Positions 28,808 through 35,821 of a stretch of DNA of 64,000 nt are shown piece after piece; position 1 is the stretch's first letter; each line of letters opens with the position of its first letter. Under the pieces are notes generated by a model, which worked only from the letters and a program-made list of their open reading frames with translations, did not search any database and had not been told where the DNA came from. The position numbers were made by a program, and so were the translations under genes. The stretch comes from Alphaproteobacteria bacterium. Lineage in GTDB: Bacteria > Pseudomonadota > Alphaproteobacteria > Rhizobiales > TMED25. The stretch lies in NCBI GenBank assembly GCA_045565315.1, contig JBJLFO010000001.1:529542-593541 (forward strand). The letters run 5' to 3'.

Positions 28808-29251
28808 ATGCCAATAAGAAAAAGACCACCAAATTCAAAAAATCCTGAGAAATCTGTATTCCTACTATTCCATCAAGCCCAGCAGAAGATGGATACTGAG
28901 CAAAATAAACTTCTAAATAAATATAAAATCACACCCAGACAGTTCATTATCCTTCAAACTATTGATTATCACCCGATGACAAATCAAAATGAAATACAAA
29001 AATATACAAAAATTGATAGGACAACAATAAGCGAAATAATCAAAAAGCTTGAAGATAAGAACTTAATAAGCTGTCGATTTAGTACAAACGACAGGAGGTA
29101 TAAAGAAATTAAAATTGGTAACAAAGGTAGGAATATACTGAGAAGGCTTCAAGAAAATATGGATGAGAAAGAAAAAGACTTTCTGAATGAGCTTGTATTT
29201 AAGACAAAAAAAAAATTTTTAGATAGTTTGAAGCAGTATACTAAACTCTAG
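28808..29251 (+). CDS. MarR family transcriptional regulator
   Basis: 147 aa. Winged-HTH pattern ITPRQFIILQTI...QNEIQKYTKIDRTTISEIIKKLEDKNLI...DRR. Confidence 0.7.
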   Translation: MPIRKRPPNSKNPEKSVFLLFHQAQQKMDTEQNKLLNKYKITPRQFIILQTIDYHPMTNQNEIQKYTKIDRTTISEIIKKLEDKNLISCRFSTNDRRYKEIKIGNKGRNILRRLQENMDEKEKDFLNELVFKTKKKFLDSLKQYTKL

Positions 29252-29300
29252 ATAACTATTCATCCCCATATAGCCAAATGTATAATAGTTCAATTATAAT

Positions 29301-30503
29301 CTAGCCACGCTCAAAAAATCCTGGATGTTCCCTATGAATACCAAAATTTATAATTCTCTTACCATATCGGAGATTTAAGTTATCAACTGATGAAGATAAC
29401 CTTTCACTTATATTCTTTTCACCTGGGTATAAATTAGTTAGGAATTCTCCAGACCTATCTTGAATATTAATTAATCCGCTTAATCTGACACCAACAAACT
29501 TAATCCTTTGGGACTCAATCACTGGACTTAGTCTGGTCCATAATATTTTGAATTGCTTAAGAAAAAATAGCGTATCTTGTGAATATAAAAAAGTTACTGA
29601 ATCTTGGCAGCTACCAAAGTTATCGAGTCTAAGAAAAATATCTAAGCGGCTAGCACAATAGTTATACCTCCTAAGTCTCTCAGCAGACTTTTCAATTAAC
29701 CATCTGCCAACAAGATATGCATTTCGAGGGGAGCGATTCTCTGGAGAAAGGACTTTAGAATTACCATAACTTCCACGATTTGATTTATTAATAGGTATAT
29801 TTTCTCCCCTTAACGATCTGACAAACCTTTCCCCTTCTACTGATCTCCATACTAGTCTGGCGTGTCTAGGATCCATGTAGTATAAATCCTCAACAGAATA
29901 TACTTTAGCTCCTAAAAGCCTTCTCTTTATACCCTTAGAAATTCCTGGTAAATCTTCTAGATATAAATCTTTAATCCTTGAAGGCATATTTTCTTCACAT
30001 AACCACTGTAAACCATCTGGTTTATTTATTTTACTTGCAATCTTTGCTAATAATGGGTTAGCTGCAATCCCTATTGATAAACTAATCTCTTTACCCACCT
30101 GTTCGTAGATCATGGACTTTATCCTAGTTGAGAGAAGTAATGCTCTAGATAAGCTTGAATAATCTCTTCCTAAATATATTTGAAACTCATCAATTGATCT
30201 TATGCTCTCTAGCTCAGCAATATCATCTAGTAAATATGAAATATACTTATTAAACTTTGAATATAATCTGTGTCTACTTGGCCTAAAATGAATTCCAGGG
30301 CATAAGATTTTTGCATCTCTAACCCTTGTTCCCGTTTTTACGCCATATGCTTTTGCTTCATAACTTGCAGCGACAACACAGCCGAAGTCATTTTCTAAGG
30401 CAGCTATTGCTACAGGCTTATTTCGTAATGTCGAGTCGAGCTGTTGTTCTATACTTGCAAAAAAACTATCCATATCGATATATAATGTTCTAAATCTACT
30501 CAT
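29301..30503 (-). CDS. Y-family DNA polymerase (DinB/UmuC/ImpB family), catalytic residues present
   Basis: 400 aa. YIDMDSFFASIEQ and SIDEF acidic catalytic motifs, plus LPGISKG. Confidence 0.8.
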   Translation of the reverse strand: MSRFRTLYIDMDSFFASIEQQLDSTLRNKPVAIAALENDFGCVVAASYEAKAYGVKTGTRVRDAKILCPGIHFRPSRHRLYSKFNKYISYLLDDIAELESIRSIDEFQIYLGRDYSSLSRALLLSTRIKSMIYEQVGKEISLSIGIAANPLLAKIASKINKPDGLQWLCEENMPSRIKDLYLEDLPGISKGIKRRLLGAKVYSVEDLYYMDPRHARLVWRSVEGERFVRSLRGENIPINKSNRGSYGNSKVLSPENRSPRNAYLVGRWLIEKSAERLRRYNYCASRLDIFLRLDNFGSCQDSVTFLYSQDTLFFLKQFKILWTRLSPVIESQRIKFVGVRLSGLINIQDRSGEFLTNLYPGEKNISERLSSSVDNLNLRYGKRIINFGIHREHPGFFERG

Positions 30504-30545
30504 TTATATTTTTTCTTTATTTTTTTCTTTATTTTTTTAATTTTT

Positions 30546-30560
30546 GTTCTTATTTTGTTC
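30546..30560. promoter_or_regulatory. Candidate alphaproteobacterial LexA (SOS) box, GTTC-N7-GTTC
   Basis: gttcttattttgttc lies 43 nt upstream of the polymerase start codon, in the divergent intergenic region. Confidence 0.5.
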
Positions 30561-30566
30561 TATACT

Positions 30567-30869
30567 ATGGATAAAAAAAAACAATTAAAAAATATATCTT
30601 TTGGTGGGGATTGGTCTGAGAAAATATTAAATGACCACGAGAAACATATCTTTATAAAAAGATTAAAATACATATATGAATCCTCTTTCATAAATGAAAT
30701 ACCTAAAAGTGATCTCGAAGAAACTTTTTTTTATATAAAAAATAATATAGAAAAAGGTGATATTTTTATTCAATCATTCAAAGATAAACTAAAAATAAAA
30801 GACCCTTATCAAAGAAGATCAGAGCTTCTGAAAACTATAAATAATCTAATGAGATGGCTTCCTAAATAG
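30567..30869 (+). CDS. Hypothetical protein (about 100 aa, soluble, K/E-rich)
   Basis: ORF only, with no motif recognised. ATG at 30567 is preferred to the TTG at 30555. Confidence 0.4.
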   Translation: MDKKKQLKNISFGGDWSEKILNDHEKHIFIKRLKYIYESSFINEIPKSDLEETFFYIKNNIEKGDIFIQSFKDKLKIKDPYQRRSELLKTINNLMRWLPK

Positions 30870-30885
30870 TGAGTATTACTTAGGA

Positions 30886-31221
30886 TTACGTGGACTGCGT
30901 GCTTGACAGCGTAAATATTATAACAACTCCGAGTATAATAAATCCAATACCTACCAAAGCTGGCAAATCAAGGTTTTGCCTGAAAAATATATATCCCACA
31001 AGAGTTACTAGTAATATACCTACTCCTGACCATATAGCATAAACAACTCCAACTGGAATATGCCTTAAAACAAAAGATAATAAGATAAGTGAAATAAAGA
31101 AACCAGATAAGGCAATTAAAGAGGGGAATAGTTGAGAGAAGCCATTTGATATCTTCAAAAAACTAGTACCGATAGTCTCAGCTAAAATTGCTAAAAAAAG
31201 ATAAAGCCAATGCATTAACAA
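30886..31221 (-). CDS. Small multidrug resistance (SMR) family efflux protein
   Basis: 111 aa, 4 TM. Conserved membrane Glu in AILAETIGTSFLK. Confidence 0.8.
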   Translation of the reverse strand: MLMHWLYLFLAILAETIGTSFLKISNGFSQLFPSLIALSGFFISLILLSFVLRHIPVGVVYAIWSGVGILLVTLVGYIFFRQNLDLPALVGIGFIILGVVIIFTLSSTQST

Positions 31222-31314
31222 AACTCCTAATTTTGGAAAATATTTCTATCTATATCAAATACCAATCACTTAAAATAATTAAAACATGTATATTCTTGGA
31301 TATTCTATATTTCT

Positions 31315-32547
31315 TTACTTATTCAGATCTTTTATATCTTTAACTTCTTTCAGGCCAGGGAATAAATACCACCATATGACCGAAAGTGAGACAGTTAATA
31401 TTCCTCCAACCATAATTGCAGGTATTGTACCTATTAAGGTTGCCGATAGGCCAGCTCTAAAATCGCCTAATTCATTTGAGCCAGTTGTTATAACTGAGTG
31501 AACTGACATTACTCTACCCCTCATATTATTTGGCGTAACTAGCTGAACAATAATTTGCCTTATATTCATGCTAACCATATCGGCTGCCCCATATATAAAT
31601 AGAGCAAAGAGAGAAATCCATAAAGAAGTTGATAATGAAAAGGTTATTGTTGCACATCCAAATACTATAATTGAATATATTAGAACCCTTCCAGGATACT
31701 TTATTGAAGTCAATTGAGATAGTACAATCGCAGCAAATAATGCCCCTATTGACGGTGTTGCCCTTAGTATTCCAAGCCCTTCAGGTCCAATATTCAATAT
31801 ATCTATCGCAAATATTGGTAACATACCCATGATACTACTAAATAACATTGCAACAATATCAATAGCCATAGTTCCAAGCACTATTTTTGACTTCCAGACA
31901 TAGACAAAGCCGCTCAATAATACCTTAACAGTTATTCTTTTTATTTCTTTTATTCCATTCTCTATATTCGGAAGTGATATTGCACTTAAAGTAGAAATTA
32001 CAAAACTTAATAATGCGACCAGATAAACCCATTTGTCTATATATGCAATTAAAATACCAGCAATAATTGGGCCAAATAATGATCCAAATTCCTCAAAAAA
32101 ATTAACATAGTGCACAGCTCTTGGGAAAATTTCTGGTTTAACTAAGTTTGGCAAAATTGCAAAAGTGCTCGGCCCCTCAAATGACATCGCTATTCCGTGA
32201 ACTATTAATATTAGATAAATTGGAATAATTGAAACCTTTCCAATGCTATAAATAGAATAATATAATAGGAACCCAGCTACAAAAATCTGCACTAGATTGC
32301 ACACTATTAATATGTGCCTTCTATTATATTTATCTGCTAATACACCTGCTGGCAAAATTAGAAAGAATTGGGGAGCAAACTGAATTAGTCCAATAAGACC
32401 TAATGCTAACGGACTCCCAGTTTCTGTATATATTTGCCATCCCACAGTTAAACTAATAATTTTTAGTGCAAAATGGCTAAACCAAGTCAGGCAAATAAAC
32501 TTTAGAAGATTCCTATTATATAATATGCTATCCGTTAGTTTTCTCAT
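31315..32547 (-). CDS. MFS transporter
   Basis: 410 aa, about 12 TM. GVLADKYNRR loop motif between TM2 and TM3. Confidence 0.75.
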   Translation of the reverse strand: MRKLTDSILYNRNLLKFICLTWFSHFALKIISLTVGWQIYTETGSPLALGLIGLIQFAPQFFLILPAGVLADKYNRRHILIVCNLVQIFVAGFLLYYSIYSIGKVSIIPIYLILIVHGIAMSFEGPSTFAILPNLVKPEIFPRAVHYVNFFEEFGSLFGPIIAGILIAYIDKWVYLVALLSFVISTLSAISLPNIENGIKEIKRITVKVLLSGFVYVWKSKIVLGTMAIDIVAMLFSSIMGMLPIFAIDILNIGPEGLGILRATPSIGALFAAIVLSQLTSIKYPGRVLIYSIIVFGCATITFSLSTSLWISLFALFIYGAADMVSMNIRQIIVQLVTPNNMRGRVMSVHSVITTGSNELGDFRAGLSATLIGTIPAIMVGGILTVSLSVIWWYLFPGLKEVKDIKDLNK

Positions 32548-32658
32548 AATTCAATATTCCCGTATGAATGGTCACCATAAAATAGGTGTAGATGATTTTA
32601 TTAAAAACCGCTAGTATCAAATATATTAAGCTAAGAAAAAATTTATTTAAGATCTAAA

Positions 32659-32925
32659 ATGAAACAATTATACCTGGTCACCGTTAGAATAACACTTATA
32701 TTAGGCGTTCTATCCTATTTAATTACTGTCGGAATTGCTTTTGTTGGACACGGATTTGTTATCGGTGTACTTAGTGCTAGTCTTCCACTTTTATCAAATG
32801 CTTATTGGGCAGTAAATCTATGGGATAGCCCAGAAATATTTCATACTTACTATGTTAATAGCCAGATAGCTCTATCCATACTGATATTACTTTCTATTGC
32901 TCTTAATAAAATTTCTCGTAAATAA
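32659..32925 (+). CDS. Hypothetical small membrane protein (3 predicted TM)
   Basis: 88 aa hydrophobic ORF with no recognised family. Confidence 0.4.
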   Translation: MKQLYLVTVRITLILGVLSYLITVGIAFVGHGFVIGVLSASLPLLSNAYWAVNLWDSPEIFHTYYVNSQIALSILILLSIALNKISRK

Positions 32926-32939
32926 TTTCAATTATATTT

Positions 32940-33016
32940 TGGCGCACCCGGAGAGACTCGAACTCCCGACCAAGTGGTTCGAAGCCACCTACTCTATCCA
33001 GCTGAGCTACGGGTGC
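32940..33016 (-). tRNA. tRNA-Arg (anticodon UCG), CCA encoded
   Basis: Hand-folded reverse complement: GCACCCG-TA-GCTC-AGCTGGATA-GAGT-A-GGTGG-CTTCGAA-CCACT-TGGTC-GGGAG-TTCGAGT-CTCTC-CGGGTGC-G-CCA. 77 nt; all four stems pair. Confidence 0.9.
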
Positions 33017-33075
33017 ATAATTCATAAGATACATAATAGTAATTTAAATAGAATAATCTATAAATTTAAATACCT

Positions 33076-33921
33076 CTATAGCCTACGCGCGATCTTATCA
33101 AAAATTTTATCTGCTAATATTCTCTTTAGATACATCATTATTATAGTCGCCCAAGTAATACGATATCGGGTTTTAGGGTTTTTTGACATGCAAGCATGAA
33201 TAACGGCTTTTGTTACAGCATTCGGTAATAACTCAAAGGCTATTTTTTTTGGATTTTTAGACTTTAGTCTTGGAATTATTATATTCGAATATATGAATTT
33301 ATTAGGGGAAGTTTTCCATTTGATATCTTCAATAAAACGAATATAACTATTTTCTCTGAATTTTGTTGTAATAGGACCTGGTTGAATAATAATAATCTTG
33401 ATATTATGATCTTTTAATTCCAAACGTAATGTGTCAGATAAACCTTCAACAGCATATTTTGTTGAGGTATAAGCCCCCCTATATTTGAGCGCCATAAACC
33501 CTAAAATAGAGGAATTTTGTATTATACGCCCAAATCCCTGCTCTTTCATGTAAGGAATCACTCCTTTTGTTAATGAATGCCAGCCAAAAAAATTAGTTTC
33601 AAATATATTTCTTAAAGAATCCACAGGAATATCTTCGACCAAAGAAGGGACACCATACGCGCCATTATTAAATAATACGTCAATTCTTCCATTTGTTTTT
33701 TCGAGAGAATAATTAAGACCTGTTGTTATTGATTTTTCATCATCATAATTAATGACAGTACTTAGAAAGCCATATTTTTCTCGCATGATTTTACAGTCAC
33801 TTTCTTTCCTACATGACGCAATTACATTCCATCCGATTTCCTTCATACCCCTTGCTGTATCTAGCCCAATTCCACTAGAGCACCCTGTTATAAGAATATT
33901 CTTATTATTATTTAACTCCAT
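33076..33921 (-). CDS. Short-chain dehydrogenase/reductase (SDR) family oxidoreductase
   Basis: 281 aa. TGCSSGIG cofactor motif, NNG, and YTSTK catalytic YxxxK. Confidence 0.8.
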   Translation of the reverse strand: MELNNNKNILITGCSSGIGLDTARGMKEIGWNVIASCRKESDCKIMREKYGFLSTVINYDDEKSITTGLNYSLEKTNGRIDVLFNNGAYGVPSLVEDIPVDSLRNIFETNFFGWHSLTKGVIPYMKEQGFGRIIQNSSILGFMALKYRGAYTSTKYAVEGLSDTLRLELKDHNIKIIIIQPGPITTKFRENSYIRFIEDIKWKTSPNKFIYSNIIIPRLKSKNPKKIAFELLPNAVTKAVIHACMSKNPKTRYRITWATIIMMYLKRILADKIFDKIARRL

Positions 33922-34089
33922 TATACCATCTTCTCAAAATCTATACTTTTAATCTAATATACTAGCATAAAAATAACTAAAAAAAGATCTCAGTGATTTA
34001 GTAATATTGGTTAGAATTAATTCATAATTAATATTTTATCAACTATTTGCATATTAGAATAATTACGCAATTGATTATATTTTAATCAC

Positions 34090-34117
34090 TTGACTATTTT
34101 TTTAGCACATTTAGAAT
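34090..34117 (+). promoter_or_regulatory. Candidate sigma-70 promoter, TTGACT-16 nt-TAGAAT, upstream of the mini-protein pair
   Basis: ttgact at 34090-34095 and tagaat at 34112-34117. About 70 nt upstream of the ATG at 34186, in a 250-bp AT-rich spacer. Confidence 0.4.
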
Positions 34118-34185
34118 TTTTATAGTGATTCTATCTATAAATGCTAATCAGCTGAAAAGATAGAAATATAAAGATGGGAGAAGTT

Positions 34186-34419
34186 ATGACAGCTTTATTA
34201 GATAAGTTAAAAGGGTATTTAAAAGATGCTCTTGAAATAGCACTCTGGTTAGTGGCACTTCTTACTTTATTACAAGTATTATTTGGGGATAGCTTTGTTC
34301 AGCTTTTCGCAATAGATATACTCAGTAATATAGGTGGTTTGATGTCGCAATTTGGTAGTGAAGGTCTTGTTGGATTAATAGCCGCAGGACTAGTTGCTTA
34401 CCTTATTGTTCGTAAATAG
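34186..34419 (+). CDS. Small 2-TM membrane protein, paralog A (77 aa; 81 aa if started at 34174)
   Basis: Two hydrophobic helices. The conserved ATGGGAGAA SD-like motif lies 5-6 nt upstream of ATG 34186, as for paralog B. Paralogy is visible by eye. Confidence 0.55.
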   Translation: MTALLDKLKGYLKDALEIALWLVALLTLLQVLFGDSFVQLFAIDILSNIGGLMSQFGSEGLVGLIAAGLVAYLIVRK

Positions 34420-34519
34420 CTAAGTACTATTAATAAAGGGATTTATGGTGTACGAGCTTTCTTTGTAAGTGTGCTGTAAATTTTGTTAAACTTTTTTATA
34501 AACAAATGGGAGAAATAAC

Positions 34520-34735
34520 ATGTTTTCATCATTAAATGGCATGCTTAAAAGCGGCATAGAAGTTGCGTTAGTCTTAGTTGGGTTAGGGGTTGTACTACAA
34601 ATCCTGTTTCCCGATGCACTTGCATTTATAAATGCTGACGTAGCTGGAAACCTAATTGATCTAATAAATCAATTTTCAGGAGCCGGTCTAATTGGTGTCA
34701 TTGCAGCATTAATTGTTGTCAACCAATTAAAATAG
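34520..34735 (+). CDS. Small 2-TM membrane protein, paralog B (71 aa)
   Basis: Shares E[IV]AL-LV-L-LQ[VI]LF-D and N[IL]-L-QF-GL[VI]G[LV]IAA blocks with paralog A, and the same upstream ATGGGAGAA motif. Confidence 0.55.
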   Translation: MFSSLNGMLKSGIEVALVLVGLGVVLQILFPDALAFINADVAGNLIDLINQFSGAGLIGVIAALIVVNQLK

Positions 34736-34755
34736 TTAAATTTCATTAAAGAATA

Positions 34756-34795
34756 AGGGTCATTTTTATACATTTGGCCCTATTTCTTCTTTTCT
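34756..34795 (+). terminator. Possible intrinsic terminator after the mini-protein pair
   Basis: Stem agggtca/tggccct (7 bp including one G-U), 12-nt loop, then a T-rich run atttcttcttttctc. Overlaps the 3' end of the convergent ABC ATPase gene. Confidence 0.3.
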
Positions 34796-35739
34796 CTTAC
34801 AAATTCAAGAAATATATCCTCTAAATCAGTTTCTTTAGAAATAATATCTATTATTGTTATGTTTTGGTTTTCCAGTTCTTGTAATATATTAAAAAAATTT
34901 ATTTTACTAGGTTGATAGGTTATCGATATATAGCCATCTTGACCAAATTCAATGCTACCAACACTATTAATTTTAAGTTCTTTCTGCCCATCGTAGTTTG
35001 AAGCCTTGATTAATATCTGTTTCCTATCTAGGCTTCTTAGGAGATCTTGGGTTGGCGCATTTGCAACTAAAGTACCTTTATTTATTATACCGATATGGTC
35101 GCACAAGGATTGTGCCTCCTCTAAATAGTGAGTTGTAAGTAATATCGTGGTTCCTTCACGATTTAGGTCTCTAATTAAATCCCATAATTCATGTCTTAAT
35201 TCAACATCCACACCTGCTGTTGGTTCATCCAAAACTAAGACAAGGGGTTTATGTGTCATGGCCTTAGCAATTAATAGCCTCCTTCTCATCCCACCTGAGA
35301 GAGTCCTTGCGTATACATAAGCTTGATCTTCTAATCTTAAGGTACGTAGTAGACCAATGGAATCTCTCTCCTTCTTGGGGACCCCATATAATCCTGCTTG
35401 TGTTTCAAGAACCTCAATTGGTTTAAAGAAAGGATCTAGATTAAGCTCTTGTGGTACTATACCAATTAAGGAACGTGCGTCTCTTTTTTGTCTTTCTATA
35501 TCATAGCCCATTATCTTTGCCGTCCCCGATGTCTTCAAAACTGAATTCGCTAATATATTAATAAATGTTGATTTTCCAGCACCATTCGGGCCAAGAAGTC
35601 CATATATTTGACCAGATTTTATGCTAATAGTAAAATCTCTAAGAGCATGCTTTGAAACTTGTCCTTTTTTCCCTTTATAAATCTTGTTCAGGAGATTTGT
35701 TTGTATAGCGTATTCAGATATATGAGACATATGATTCAA
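34780..35739 (-). CDS. ABC transporter ATP-binding protein (ABC-2/DrrA-NatA type, with C-terminal accessory domain)
   Basis: 319 aa. Walker A GPNGAGKST, signature LSGGMRRRL, Walker B LVLDEP. Confidence 0.85.
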   Translation of the reverse strand: MNHMSHISEYAIQTNLLNKIYKGKKGQVSKHALRDFTISIKSGQIYGLLGPNGAGKSTFINILANSVLKTSGTAKIMGYDIERQKRDARSLIGIVPQELNLDPFFKPIEVLETQAGLYGVPKKERDSIGLLRTLRLEDQAYVYARTLSGGMRRRLLIAKAMTHKPLVLVLDEPTAGVDVELRHELWDLIRDLNREGTTILLTTHYLEEAQSLCDHIGIINKGTLVANAPTQDLLRSLDRKQILIKASNYDGQKELKINSVGSIEFGQDGYISITYQPSKINFFNILQELENQNITIIDIISKETDLEDIFLEFVREKKK

Positions 35740-35821
35740 TGTATTTTTATTTTCTTTTTTTAATACTCGTAGTAGTCTTAAAATATAATAATTTATTTAA
35801 TATATAAATAACTCTGAACAA

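Noticed and set aside
29301-33016. Possible tRNA-Arg-associated genomic island (Y-family polymerase, unknown ORF, SMR pump, MFS, small membrane protein at the 3' side of the tRNA)
   Set aside because: No integrase or recombinase is present. I could find no direct repeat of the tRNA 3' end at the far boundary, and I see no compositional break. The gene content is suggestive only.
32897-33199. 100-aa plus-strand ORF
   Set aside because: It runs straight through the tRNA-Arg gene and the 3' end of the SDR gene, has no motif and has an odd composition. Spurious.
34186-34735. Mini-protein pair as a two-peptide bacteriocin or as VirB2/TrbC-type pilins
   Set aside because: There is no double-glycine leader, no C39-peptidase ABC exporter or immunity gene, and no other type IV secretion genes in the window. 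The helix order differs from VirB2. Left as unknown function.
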